Shown here piece after piece: positions 28,904 through 38,604 of a stretch of 64,000 nt of DNA. The DNA comes from a virus: positions 1-64,000 of IMG/VR virus record IMGVR_UViG_3300038701_001169. One strand, given 5' to 3'. The translations under genes and the position numbers were made by a program. The notes below the pieces were generated by a model. It was not told the origin of the DNA. It saw only the letters and a program-made list of their open reading frames with translations, and made no database searches. The stretch's first letter is position 1. Each line of letters opens with the position of its first letter.

Positions 28904-29131
28904 TTAATTCAGCCTCCTGTTCATCTCGATACGTCGTTCAATCGCCTCTATAATTTCAAGGTACTCAGGGTTTGTGTAAAAAGTACCTATACGAATGTAA
29001 TCAGTAAAATTAACACCAATAGCACCTATTACACGAGGCACGTATCTGAACTTATCCTTATCTTTGTAATCCAGCCAAGGACGTAAGAAATCATCGTACT
29101 GCTTCTTAGATCCTGCAAGTACTGCTATCAT
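28904..29131 (-). CDS. hypothetical protein
   Basis: ORF track, with a 4-nt overlap with the upstream gene. Confidence 0.5.
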   Translation of the reverse strand: MIAVLAGSKKQYDDFLRPWLDYKDKDKFRYVPRVIGAIGVNFTDYIRIGTFYTNPEYLEIIEAIERRIEMNRRLN

Positions 29132-29433
29132 TCCGTCTCCTTATAGTTCCAGTCATATTTAAAGTTTCTCATTAACTCAGCTTCAATTTGTTCAGTGTCC
29201 ATATACGAATCCTCGAACTTATTTTTATTTTCGAGAGTGTATTTAAAGTAGGCTAGTTCACGAATACTTAGAGAGAATTCGGGGTCTGTTTTGTACAGAG
29301 TACCTGACTTAGTTTGCTTGAGTAATTGAAATGTTACACAGGGATTTACTTTGAGTCTGTGTAGTCCTGCTTTGCGTTCTTTATATGAAGGGGAAACTAG
29401 TAGTTGAAGAGACAGAATTAGCTCTAGGAACAT
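29128..29433 (-). CDS. hypothetical protein
   Basis: ORF track. Confidence 0.5.
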   Translation of the reverse strand: MFLELILSLQLLVSPSYKERKAGLHRLKVNPCVTFQLLKQTKSGTLYKTDPEFSLSIRELAYFKYTLENKNKFEDSYMDTEQIEAELMRNFKYDWNYKETE

Positions 29434-29732
29434 GACCTCTTAGACACTGCTTCTTTGAAGCTCTTTCCTGCGATCTTTTCGTACAGGGATATGTGCTTAC
29501 TCATCTCCTCTATAGATACGAGTTCGTTGATAGCTTCTAAATAAGCTTTTTGGAGATCATCGAACTTTTTATTCTTAGTTTCTAAGGACTTAGTAAATCT
29601 CTGAATAACACCAGCATGATTTTTGATCGTTTTGTCTTTAGTTTCTAGTTTCTTTTTAAGTTCTTCGTTCTCTTTCCTGAGCTTAGTAGTAAAGTCCTCA
29701 GATAGTCGCTGCTTTCTTGATTTGTAATTCAT
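29424..29732 (-). CDS. hypothetical coiled-coil protein
   Basis: ORF track. Confidence 0.5.
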   Translation of the reverse strand: MNYKSRKQRLSEDFTTKLRKENEELKKKLETKDKTIKNHAGVIQRFTKSLETKNKKFDDLQKAYLEAINELVSIEEMSKHISLYEKIAGKSFKEAVSKRSCS

Positions 29733-30115
29733 TGTTTACCGTCCCTCCGAGGTAATTGGATGTGCCTCCACTCTCTAATCTGAGGATTGTGAGGTAGTCC
29801 AGTTTCGTTCATTTTAGAGTCACAACATACCCATCCTTCAGGAGCTAAGTAAGCCAGAGAAACGTCACAACTATGTTCATCACAAATTAAAATCTCTACT
29901 AGTGTCCTCAGGGCAGGAAGTTCTTTGTACGGATCTCTCCACCCATATTCTTTTAGTTCGTTAAGCTCAGACAATATAGAATCGTAACTAGGACGTTTCT
30001 TTTTAAGGTTCTTCTTACGTCTTTCAGAGTTAACACGAGGAGGAGGGGCTTCTAGTTGAGGGTGGACGTTCAGGTACTTTATTTCTTCGAATCTTCTTTC
30101 TGCAGGAGTCCTCAT
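29729..30115 (-). CDS. hypothetical protein
   Basis: ORF track. Confidence 0.5.
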   Translation of the reverse strand: MRTPAERRFEEIKYLNVHPQLEAPPPRVNSERRKKNLKKKRPSYDSILSELNELKEYGWRDPYKELPALRTLVEILICDEHSCDVSLAYLAPEGWVCCDSKMNETGLPHNPQIREWRHIQLPRRDGKQ

Positions 30116-30288
30116 TCTTCGACCTCGTACACTGATTCTATAGTCCCGTCTCCGTCATGAAAGTGGTTATTAAGTACTTCTCTATCCTCCGACATCTCAT
30201 ATACTTTCTTCTTGGCTTCTTCTTCATTTTCAGCATCTACAGTGAAGAAGTAATACTGCCACTCTTTTAAACTAACTTCGTACTTCAT
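30112..30288 (-). CDS. hypothetical 58-aa acidic protein (below the track cutoff)
   Basis: GGAGGA followed by ATG. Hand translation MKYEVSLKEWQYYFFTVDAENEEEAKKK.... Its TGA overlaps the next ATG. Confidence 0.5.
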   Translation of the reverse strand: MKYEVSLKEWQYYFFTVDAENEEEAKKKVYEMSEDREVLNNHFHDGDGTIESVYEVEE

Positions 30289-30553
30289 CTAATCCTCCTA
30301 ATCTAAAATGTTAAGTGTAGCCAGAGAGCCGAGGGCAAAGCCCACGACTACTCCAGCTATTAAAAGACTCATTGGTAATTCGGGTGCTTAAAGATCTTTT
30401 CGATCTGGTACATGCATGTTACGTGAAGAGTTAGAAGCTCTTTAATCAGATCCTCGCATTCCTGATAAGTTTCTCTAGTGTATGAGACAAGTTTTCTAAC
30501 TCCGTAAGGAGATAATTCTATAATCTGCTTTAGTCATTATAGACTCCTTGAAA

Positions 30554-31054
30554 TTATTGATTAGGGAAATTTAGGTACAAGAACTCTTCGTCTGGAGTAC
30601 CTTTAAAGTAATTGATTGCGTAACTATCATAGGCACGTGCAGCAGTCTCTTCGGATACAAACAATCCTAAGTGTTTCTGAATCCCATTGAACTGAAAACG
30701 AACTCTCCACTTTCTATTTACCCTCATCCAAGAGACACCTTTAAATCTAGAGCTAGTATTTCTTCTAGGCCCACAGTTTAGTTGATTCTGTTGACGTGTA
30801 CAGAGCCTGAGATTATCTCTTCTATTGTCTAAGGTATCTCTATTCCTATGATCCACTTCTAAGTGTTTAGGTGCATTCATTAGAAACCTATGTAGTCGTA
30901 ATCCACCATCTCGCCACGCATAGAAGTTACCAGTAGATTTATCTAGAGCAGCACACCACTTGAACTGGGAAACTAAGTCCCAGTCCTGCAGTGATACTTT
31001 AGTAACTAATCCTCTGGTCAGGGGTACATGCTTAAAGGCTTCTGTCTTCGACAA
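30554..31054 (-). CDS. HNH endonuclease with a C-terminal AP2 DNA-binding domain (free-standing homing endonuclease)
   Basis: HNH motif EVDHRNRDTLDNRRDNLRLCTRQQN. AP2-like RFKGVSWMRVNRKWRVRFQFNGIQKHLGLFVSEETAARAYD. There is no in-frame ATG near the domain start, so a TTG at 31054 is proposed. Confidence 0.65.
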   Translation of the reverse strand: MSKTEAFKHVPLTRGLVTKVSLQDWDLVSQFKWCAALDKSTGNFYAWRDGGLRLHRFLMNAPKHLEVDHRNRDTLDNRRDNLRLCTRQQNQLNCGPRRNTSSRFKGVSWMRVNRKWRVRFQFNGIQKHLGLFVSEETAARAYDSYAINYFKGTPDEEFLYLNFPNQ

Positions 31055-32486
31055 CGGGCTTACCGAACTCTGTGTATATAAGTACGTAGCCAGGATCACT
31101 ACTCCATCCAGCGTGGTCGGAGTAGGTGTTACCTGAGAAGATGCTGGGTAGAGAGATATGTCTACCGTGTTTACAGTCCATTTTAATTGAACGATTGTGA
31201 TAGTGCCCAGTAAGGTAGAAGTTGAACTTGTCACGGCTTCCGTACCTAAAGAAAATCTCTTCTGGCTTGACCTTGGCTAACTTGTCTCCATGACTACAAA
31301 TGATATTCAGGTGCTCTGTAGAATGAGTAAGTACTTTAGGGTGGTAAATTACTTCGGTACTTGTCAGCATTACATTCAGGAACTCATAAATAAGTTCAGC
31401 TGCACCGCCGGTAGCATCTTCGTGATTGCTGGACGTAAGTCTATCGTGATTCCCTGAGATAACCAGAACGTTCTTGAGATTGACTATCTTAGACAGGAAC
31501 TCAGAAAGAATAATTACAGCGTTCTTAATTCCTTTAGCGTAGGTTGAACCGTGTTCCATTTCAGTAAATACATCGGGGTGGTTCTTTCCAGTTACGCTTT
31601 CTATAATGTCACCGTTCAATAGTACAGTGACCTCGTTAGCTTTTTTAGCGTTGGCTGCGTTAGCTACCTGGTCAAGGTACTTAGCACATATCTCATTGTT
31701 GTAGTCTTGGGTATCTTTAAGACCTTCAACACGAGAATTGATATGTATGTCACTAACAGCTACAAAAAGGTCGTCCAGTTCTGAATTGAAATCTACTCGT
31801 TGAGTTATTTCGGGAGTTTGAGAGGAGCTAAATTCATTAGCTAACTCAGCTAAGAAGTTCTTCTCAACAGCACGTTCTCTAGCTATGTCTGATAATTGTT
31901 TCTTTAGACTCTGCTGAAGTGCTTTCGTGTATGATCTATCAATTACATGATTAGGGTTGTCAAAGACGACTTTCAGTCGCTCAGTGACAGCTTGTTCACG
32001 TTGCTCAACAGGTATTAGTTCGAAACTAAAAGGAGCAAATACATTAGACTTCTTGTAAATGTTAAAATGGTTCTTTACTCTGGACCAGTCACGTGGACTG
32101 TAGCCGAACTCATTCATCATCTGTATCTGAGTAAAGTCATGTCCTTTGCTTGAGAAGTACAGGAACAAGTCATTAACTTCTTCTTCAGTAAATGTACGCC
32201 ACCCTTGCTCCGGTAGATCCAATGTGACTGACTGGTCACCTATGTACTGGATTTCAGGGGTTTCTGCTTCTTCATCACCTAGATCTAGCTCCAGTTCCAG
32301 TTCCAGCTGCAGGTTATGATCTCCTTGGACAGCTTCCCAGTCAGCGTCAGAGTTCTTCATTTCCTTTTGCCAACGAAAAACAGTTCTTTCAGGTACACCT
32401 CGAGATTTAGATATATCTTGAACAGTACGAGATGTGTTTTTAAGTAGGTGTATTACTTGTCGTTTGGTTTGTTTACTATGAGCCAT
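31032..32486 (-). CDS. metallophosphoesterase with an N-terminal HTH
   Basis: Calcineurin-like motifs SDIHIN, NGDIIE, GNHD and GHYH. N-terminal HTH VQDISKSRGVPERTVFRWQ. Confidence 0.6.
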   Translation of the reverse strand: MAHSKQTKRQVIHLLKNTSRTVQDISKSRGVPERTVFRWQKEMKNSDADWEAVQGDHNLQLELELELDLGDEEAETPEIQYIGDQSVTLDLPEQGWRTFTEEEVNDLFLYFSSKGHDFTQIQMMNEFGYSPRDWSRVKNHFNIYKKSNVFAPFSFELIPVEQREQAVTERLKVVFDNPNHVIDRSYTKALQQSLKKQLSDIARERAVEKNFLAELANEFSSSQTPEITQRVDFNSELDDLFVAVSDIHINSRVEGLKDTQDYNNEICAKYLDQVANAANAKKANEVTVLLNGDIIESVTGKNHPDVFTEMEHGSTYAKGIKNAVIILSEFLSKIVNLKNVLVISGNHDRLTSSNHEDATGGAAELIYEFLNVMLTSTEVIYHPKVLTHSTEHLNIICSHGDKLAKVKPEEIFFRYGSRDKFNFYLTGHYHNRSIKMDCKHGRHISLPSIFSGNTYSDHAGWSSDPGYVLIYTEFGKPVVEDRSL

Positions 32487-32504
32487 GTATTCAGGCCTTA
32501 TTGG

Positions 32505-32687
32505 TTATTTGGTTGTTCTAGTCCATCGAGCAGACTTTCCGTCTAACTCCATAGTCCAGTTGATACAGTCTTTTCTACCTTGTCCTATATTTTCAAGAAC
32601 AGTGGACAGGTATCCTATGGTTGCTGCTTCAGCTTCTTCTTTGGTCATTTTCGTGTGGATACAGAAGGATATTCGATCAATCGACAC
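32505..32687 (-). CDS. hypothetical protein
   Basis: ORF track. Confidence 0.45.
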   Translation of the reverse strand: MSIDRISFCIHTKMTKEEAEAATIGYLSTVLENIGQGRKDCINWTMELDGKSARWTRTTK

Positions 32688-33051
32688 TTATAACGTCCTT
32701 GATGTTTAGTTCGTAACTCTGGCCTAATGCATTTACCTTCATGCTGAGCTCTGGGGGTTGGGTACTGACAGATCCTATGAAGTCAGAACACCAGTAATAA
32801 TCGATACGATTAGCAGCAATGAACTCCTTAGCATGAGCGTATTGACTTATCTTGTCGTGGTCTGGCATGTAGCCTAAGTGCTTAATAAAATACTGCCTAA
32901 GTAACTCTTCGTTGTACTTGGCTCTGTCTTCAATATACCCGTGTACTACTTTCTGTATAAAGTCAGTCTCAAAACGACTCATGTCCTGTTTCAAGTCAAC
33001 AGGTACATTCAGGATAGTTAGGGACTTACTCATGTCCAATTCTCCTCCCAT
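32677..33051 (-). CDS. hypothetical protein
   Basis: ORF track. Confidence 0.5.
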   Translation of the reverse strand: MGGELDMSKSLTILNVPVDLKQDMSRFETDFIQKVVHGYIEDRAKYNEELLRQYFIKHLGYMPDHDKISQYAHAKEFIAANRIDYYWCSDFIGSVSTQPPELSMKVNALGQSYELNIKDVISVD

Positions 33052-33278
33052 ACTGGATCAAGTAATATTATTTGATCATAGAAATATCTAAGCTTCTTTA
33101 TGTGCCGGGACAACTCTGGTATCTTGCTACACAGGTATGGATTCCTAAGCTGAGGGTGATTGAAGAAAGGACTTCTGCGAACTTCATTCTGTATGTATCT
33201 GAAGAGGTTGCAGAACTCACGTTTCAGGTCTAATAATTTAAATTTAGTTTCTTTATTCATCGATGTCGTATCCGTCAC
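33030..33278 (-). CDS. hypothetical protein
   Basis: ORF track. Confidence 0.5.
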   Translation of the reverse strand: MTDTTSMNKETKFKLLDLKREFCNLFRYIQNEVRRSPFFNHPQLRNPYLCSKIPELSRHIKKLRYFYDQIILLDPVWEENWT

Positions 33279-33331
33279 TCATGTAACTACCAGCCACCAA
33301 AATACATGCTATGATGGCTAGTAGGATTAAT

Positions 33332-33646
33332 CTATCCGTCGGCATCGTTTTGGAATTGAGCCAACGCACTATGCATTATTGCGATATGCTGCAGTGTCTG
33401 TCTTCTAATGTTAGTAGTGTTAACGAGCCACTTCTTATTTCTTCTGCGACCCTTTCTATTAAGCTTGTTGAAGTCTTCGATAGCTTTATCAATTTCGGCG
33501 ATCTGATTTCGAAACCTTACTATAGCTTCTTCTATCTTTTGCTTCCTTAAAATCCTTTGGTCGTTAAGCTCTTCAGGAGACAAATCACTTGCTTTAGTAA
33601 GTGCCTCACGTAGCTTAGGGTTTGTTATCTCGGTTTCTTCGGTCAT
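33332..33646 (-). CDS. hypothetical protein
   Basis: ORF track. Confidence 0.5.
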   Translation of the reverse strand: MTEETEITNPKLREALTKASDLSPEELNDQRILRKQKIEEAIVRFRNQIAEIDKAIEDFNKLNRKGRRRNKKWLVNTTNIRRQTLQHIAIMHSALAQFQNDADG

Positions 33647-36072
33647 TTGGTCTCTTTAGGTTTAAATTCAAAAGGTACAAGGAATCCATCTTGGTCGTAG
33701 TAATCAAACGCTGACTTACTCCATTCAAGCATGAGTGCAGGTTCTACAGCAGAGCTTACTCCTTTACAGACGAACTCTAGTCCTCTGTTTAAAAGGACTC
33801 CTATCCTGTCTATAACACGTGTAGCTATTTCTCTATCTGCCACTACATCTCCGACTACTTCATCATGTACAATTGCAGTTAGATAGTGGTTCCCATGTAG
33901 AATAGAGTCGGGCCTTGTAAAGGTCTCTTTGGTGATTAGATGCAGACCTACTTGTACACCTTCTGCTGAAGGGGTTTGGAGGGCTTCGCCATTGGCACAG
34001 GCAGTGAAGTTGCAGTTTGGTCTTCTAAGTCCGAGAGGGGACGTGTATACAAATCTTGTATCGTAATACTCTTTCTCCTGCTCTTCGTAAGTGACGCTAC
34101 CGTCTTCATGATCTACTCTGACAGTCTCTTTCTTTGTACGTCTGCGACTATGTTTCCAGTCCTTGTTATCGTCCTTGATATGTTTGAGATATTTCTCAAC
34201 TTCAGGAAGTACTTTCAGGTCAATCAGTTTAGCCTGCTTAGCCTGTTCTTCAGTTATCATCAACCCGAACATAGTCTTAGCTGTTTTAGCCAGAGTAGCG
34301 GGGCCCATACCTCCGACAATACCTAAACCAACAGGCTTAGAGAATGTTCTCCAGTAATCGTAATAAGTATAGAAGTTTCCTTTCTTATCTTTGACAGGGT
34401 ATGTAAGATCTTTCTGTTTCTTTAGAGTCATGAACAGTTCGTACTTTTTCATGTACTCGTGTTCTTGAATACCCTTAGAGTCACACATGTTCTTAAACAC
34501 CTGGTCAGGGTCCATTTCATAGGCTAAGTTTGCGCCTAAGTATGCGTGTGCATCTCCTCCAGAATTAATTAAATAAGCGTATACGGACTCAAGTCCTAGA
34601 GCTACAAATACAGAACTAGCTGATATGAATTCCAGTGCTTTATAGTCAATAGAGTAAAACCAGTACCCGTCACGTGCTTTTATCAGCTTCCTCATACGAG
34701 CATCTATCTGTTGTGCATTAAGACTAGGGTACTTGTCCGAACCATAACTAGAAAATCTAGAAGTAACTTTAAGGACATCGAAACTAGGAAATACATAATC
34801 TGCAGGAGTTACCTCATCTGCAAGGCACATGTTCTTACACGAAGTCTTAATATTCTGTAGAGACTTTCTATGAAGGAACTGAGTAAGTATAGGGTCCAGG
34901 TCCAGTCCAACTAGTTCAGCAAAGAACTCTTTAGCTAGACTGACATATCCTATATTGTCCAGTAAATGCTGTCTTAACTGTTCCTTGTCTCCAGCCTTCT
35001 TGTACTCTTTAAACTTGTCCTTGAACTCTACGTCTTTTTTGCCTTTAGGACTCCACAACAGAACCGGAATTACGCCCTCTAAGTACTGATCAACAACATG
35101 TCTCTTAAGGACAACTTCTTTCATTGTTTCAGGTTCTGCGGCCTTCATCTTAACAGGACAGCCACATTCAGGTCTCTTCTTCTTGGGTACTTTAGTCTTG
35201 TAATTTACACATGTTTCAGCGTGGTTCTTGGCTCCATTAGCGTAAGGTTGCTCTGGAATATATCGAGAAATAATGCCGTGATCGTAAAGTAACTGTAGTT
35301 TAGATTCGTGAAGCTCTTCTTCTAGTTCTACTAAAGTCTCAGCGTGAGCTTTCTTATTGACTCTTAGTCCTTCTCCAGACATTAATCCGGCATCGAAGGA
35401 CATCATTGTCTTGAACTCGTCGTAGGAGATACCTAGTTTAGCTTTACAACGTCCTTCGAAGTCAAAAGGGTCGAACCCCTGACTTGCGATTACATGGTTT
35501 CGTCTGACTTCCTGGTCATCGTACAATCGAAGAGCCCATACTGAGTCCATTAGAGAATAGTCATAAGCTTTAGTAGGATATTGATCTGCAGGTATTCCGT
35601 CTAGTTCTCCATACCTTAATCTCCAGGCATCGCCACCTTTCTTATCTGCTGTCAGATCAACTCCAAACCTTTCTCTAACTAATGTAGATAGATCGTATAC
35701 TTTTCTACAATATCTACCGGAGTCGTTTTCGCCCTCTGTTATCCATCCAAGTGTAGCTAAATTAAGTAGCTTTTCTCTCAGTACAGTGCATACAAAGTAA
35801 CCTTTTTCTAGGCAGGCAAATATCTGAGGTAACAGGTGAGGGGAGTGTCGTGCTATGAGACAAAGGTCGAAAGCTAGGTTATGTGCAATTCTCTTTGCTT
35901 CTAGTTCGGGGTTGACCAACATCTCTATAAGTTTCATGTATCCAGAATCGCAGGAAGCATATACTTTCTGTCTGTTCTTAGAGTCAGCGAAACTTAGACA
36001 TACTGGTTTAGGAGTGGGGCCGGACTCAGGAGTGAATTTATAAGACTCAAAGTCGAAGCCTATTTTATACAT
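33643..36072 (-). CDS. family A DNA polymerase with a 3'-5' exonuclease domain
   Basis: Exo motif HNLAFD, motif A SIDYKALEF, motif B KPVGLGIVGGMG, motif C VHDEVV. Confidence 0.8.
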   Translation of the reverse strand: MYKIGFDFESYKFTPESGPTPKPVCLSFADSKNRQKVYASCDSGYMKLIEMLVNPELEAKRIAHNLAFDLCLIARHSPHLLPQIFACLEKGYFVCTVLREKLLNLATLGWITEGENDSGRYCRKVYDLSTLVRERFGVDLTADKKGGDAWRLRYGELDGIPADQYPTKAYDYSLMDSVWALRLYDDQEVRRNHVIASQGFDPFDFEGRCKAKLGISYDEFKTMMSFDAGLMSGEGLRVNKKAHAETLVELEEELHESKLQLLYDHGIISRYIPEQPYANGAKNHAETCVNYKTKVPKKKRPECGCPVKMKAAEPETMKEVVLKRHVVDQYLEGVIPVLLWSPKGKKDVEFKDKFKEYKKAGDKEQLRQHLLDNIGYVSLAKEFFAELVGLDLDPILTQFLHRKSLQNIKTSCKNMCLADEVTPADYVFPSFDVLKVTSRFSSYGSDKYPSLNAQQIDARMRKLIKARDGYWFYSIDYKALEFISASSVFVALGLESVYAYLINSGGDAHAYLGANLAYEMDPDQVFKNMCDSKGIQEHEYMKKYELFMTLKKQKDLTYPVKDKKGNFYTYYDYWRTFSKPVGLGIVGGMGPATLAKTAKTMFGLMITEEQAKQAKLIDLKVLPEVEKYLKHIKDDNKDWKHSRRRTKKETVRVDHEDGSVTYEEQEKEYYDTRFVYTSPLGLRRPNCNFTACANGEALQTPSAEGVQVGLHLITKETFTRPDSILHGNHYLTAIVHDEVVGDVVADREIATRVIDRIGVLLNRGLEFVCKGVSSAVEPALMLEWSKSAFDYYDQDGFLVPFEFKPKETK

Positions 36073-36392
36073 TCAGAGTCCTCTATCACAAATAGATCTA
36101 TCCCAGTCTGTTCCATGTGCATCCTGCAGTTACTGCAGACGTAAGTGTGACCTTTTAGATATAGAACCGATCCTTCAAGATCTAGTCCAAGAGCCTTGGC
36201 CTTATTAATTGCCTGTATCTCTGCGTGACCTTCTTGACCACAAACAGATCTACATAGGTCGTAACCTTCTCCGGTAGCCATCCCTAGTCTAGGGCATTTC
36301 TCAACATAGTTCTGTATGTCATTACTAGCTGAGACTAGAATTTTTCCTTTACGGTAAATAGTCGCAGTAACCACTTGTTTTAAACATTTCAT
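36060..36392 (-). CDS. dCMP/cytidine deaminase-like zinc enzyme
   Basis: HAE (GHAEIQAI) and C-x2-C (VCSNC) motifs. Confidence 0.7.
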   Translation of the reverse strand: MKCLKQVVTATIYRKGKILVSASNDIQNYVEKCPRLGMATGEGYDLCRSVCGQEGHAEIQAINKAKALGLDLEGSVLYLKGHTYVCSNCRMHMEQTGIDLFVIEDSECIK

Positions 36393-38604
36393 AATTCTCC
36401 TCCAGTAATTGTTTAGTGAGTATTAAAAAGGCTATAGCTGCTTGAGGAGGTACTACTCCGTTTCCGAGCATTCTGAGTCTTTCGATTCTGTTATCCTGAG
36501 TGACGTTGTACCTACCGGAATCCTCATTAGTTGCTCCACCCAGTCCGGGTTTAATTGTAACCCTTTGGTGCTCCCATTCGTGTTGTTGCTGGTTGGGTCT
36601 TGCAGGCCAACGAATACTTGCCTCGGTAGCTGGTCTATGTTGGTCTTCCCGTCCTTGCGAACAGTCGCCTGACCCGGTGTGTCCTTGTGATCTCTGGCAG
36701 TCGGTGTTGTCCAGTTCGGAGGAAGTACTACTTGGTCTTTCAGATCCATTCGATATGATCCCTCTTTCAACGGGTCTCTCGTGTTGCCTTTCTCCGACGG
36801 AGCATTGCCCTTGTATCTCGGTGGTCTCGCTTCTCCGCAGTCCACTGTCTGAGGGGTTTTCAAATTCTGTACATGCTCGTAAGCTACCTGATCCTCTAGA
36901 CGACTCTTGTGATCTTTCTTCGGAGTTCCATATCCACCGTTCGAAGTCACTCTTGGGGTTCCCCAGTTCGCTTCCAGTGTCTCGACTGCATCTCTCAATT
37001 TGGCTCCGTACCATCGCTCGGACGTTTGCCTGTACGATTTGAAACCAGTCGGGGTTATCTCTGTCTGAATCCTGCCTCCTTCGGCATCGGACACCCTGCT
37101 TGTAGGCCATGATAAAGACTCGCTTCCTTTGGTGAGGTGCGCCTGCTTCACTCGCAGAGAATACTCCCCACGTCGTTTTGTAACCTCTTTCTTCCAGATC
37201 TTTGAGCACTTGGAGCAGTCCTTTAGAGATATGTCCTTCGACGTTTTCGAAGAAACACATTCTGGGCATAATGCCGTCGATGATTCTACATATGTATGGC
37301 CAGAGGTGTCTAGGGTCTTCTTTTCCGAGTCGCTTTCCGGCCATAGAAAATGGCTGGCAGTTGTGGACCACAATGTTGTTGACTGTGTAACTGTTATCTT
37401 CTTCAACTTCGATATTGTATACTCGTTGATTTGTTCGGCATACATCGTTATATCTGATTTGTCTCCAACCGTAGTTTCCTTCTCTGAAGAATACTTTTTG
37501 GTTATTGGAGGGAAATGATACAGTGTAGTAGTCTGACTGGTTGACTGTTCGTCCTTCGATGACAGTTGTATCGGGAGTCTTCTGGAGCCTGACACTAGGT
37601 ACACATCCGAGAACAATTGATCCAAGCATCGATAAAGAGTATGCCAGTCTTCTAGAAACTGTTGTCGCTCTGTATCCTGACTTTTCTCTGTGTCCATCCC
37701 CTGACATGTATCCAGAGAATAGTGATTTGGCTTTACTATCTTCAAGTCCAAATACCCACCCAGGGATATACTTGTTCTCAGCCCCTTTTCCAAACTGGTC
37801 AAGAAATCTTGCGAAGTTAGTCTGGGTGATGTGATATTTAATAGCTGTTCGCTCTTCTGATCTGTAAGCTGTGAATCCCGATTGTTCGAGGATGTTTCTA
37901 AACTCTTCGTCTTTAACTTTACCGATACAGAAAACGGCCTTTCCTTTCTTTCCTTGGTATTGGGTGTATCCGTCAGCAAGCCACCTTCCAACAAGTTCCC
38001 AGAATCCTTCAGTATGTTCATCAGATTCTTTATCAACTGGGGTAACGTCACAGATAAACGTATCTCTGCATACGTCTTTAGCTTCTGTCCACTCTGGCTG
38101 CTTGAATCGTCTTTCTCCCTTGACTCTGTATCTTTGTCTAGTATAGAAAGGGTGCTCATCGGTACATTCAATACCATGTTGGCCACCGTGGGAAATGAGA
38201 CGAGTACTGGCTCCAGTCTTCTGCATGACGCTAAGTACTTTTCTCCATCTTCCTTTGTGAGTGAGAACCTGGTCTCCAAGCTGTACTTGTTCGATGGGCT
38301 TATGTCCTTCTTTAGTGAGGACAAGGTGTCCTTCTGTAAAGCAAGGGTATCCTCCAGTGAGTATGTCAGTGCTTCCTCGAAACGGGCGTAGAGGGAGGGT
38401 TTTAACATCCGAGTGAATAAGAGCCCAATCCATTTGACCCGCTTCCATCTTGTCAACCATGTTCGCAATGGCGAAAGATTCGATCTCCACATGAGTGATG
38501 ACTCTATGCGGGACTCTAGCAATTTTAAGTCCTCTTTCGATGCCACCATATCCTGCGCAGAGAGACAAGATACGTGCTTGGCTGGGTGGTTCGGAATAAT
38601 CCAC
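36349..38604 (-). CDS. DNA (cytosine-5) methyltransferase, intein-containing (frame A, GTG start)
   Basis: Motif I LCAGYGGIERG. Motif IV GGYP-C/QPFSMAGKR, split by the intein. Also FFENVEG, QRKRVFIMA, and a terminal RLRMLGNGVVPPQ. The middle 190 codons of this frame look like nonsense. Confidence 0.75.
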   Translation of the reverse strand: MDYSEPPSQARILSLCAGYGGIERGLKIARVPHRVITHVEIESFAIANMVDKMEAGQMDWALIHSDVKTLPLRPFRGSTDILTGGYPCFTEGHLVLTKEGHKPIEQVQLGDQVLTHKGRWRKVLSVMQKTGASTRLISHGGQHGIECTDEHPFYTRQRYRVKGERRFKQPEWTEAKDVCRDTFICDVTPVDKESDEHTEGFWELVGRWLADGYTQYQGKKGKAVFCIGKVKDEEFRNILEQSGFTAYRSEERTAIKYHITQTNFARFLDQFGKGAENKYIPGWVFGLEDSKAKSLFSGYMSGDGHREKSGYRATTVSRRLAYSLSMLGSIVLGCVPSVRLQKTPDTTVIEGRTVNQSDYYTVSFPSNNQKVFFREGNYGWRQIRYNDVCRTNQRVYNIEVEEDNSYTVNNIVVHNCQPFSMAGKRLGKEDPRHLWPYICRIIDGIMPRMCFFENVEGHISKGLLQVLKDLEERGYKTTWGVFSASEAGAPHQRKRVFIMAYKQGVRCRRRQDSDRDNPDWFQIVQANVRAMVRSQIERCSRDTGSELGNPKSDFERWIWNSEERSQESSRGSGSLRACTEFENPSDSGLRRSETTEIQGQCSVGERQHERPVERGIISNGSERPSSTSSELDNTDCQRSQGHTGSGDCSQGREDQHRPATEASIRWPARPNQQQHEWEHQRVTIKPGLGGATNEDSGRYNVTQDNRIERLRMLGNGVVPPQAAIAFLILTKQLLEENYEMFKTSGYCDYLP

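Noticed and set aside
30373-30540. An AAGGAG plus ATG opens only a 13-codon ORF (MTKADYRIISLRS). A 48-codon ORF in the -1 frame (..LSPYGVRKLVSYTRETYQECEDLIKELL..) has no start codon.
   Set aside because: This could be a frameshifted small gene or a leader peptide plus reinitiation. There is no slippery site and no recognisable domain, so I cannot support a call. It is worth a read-level check only.
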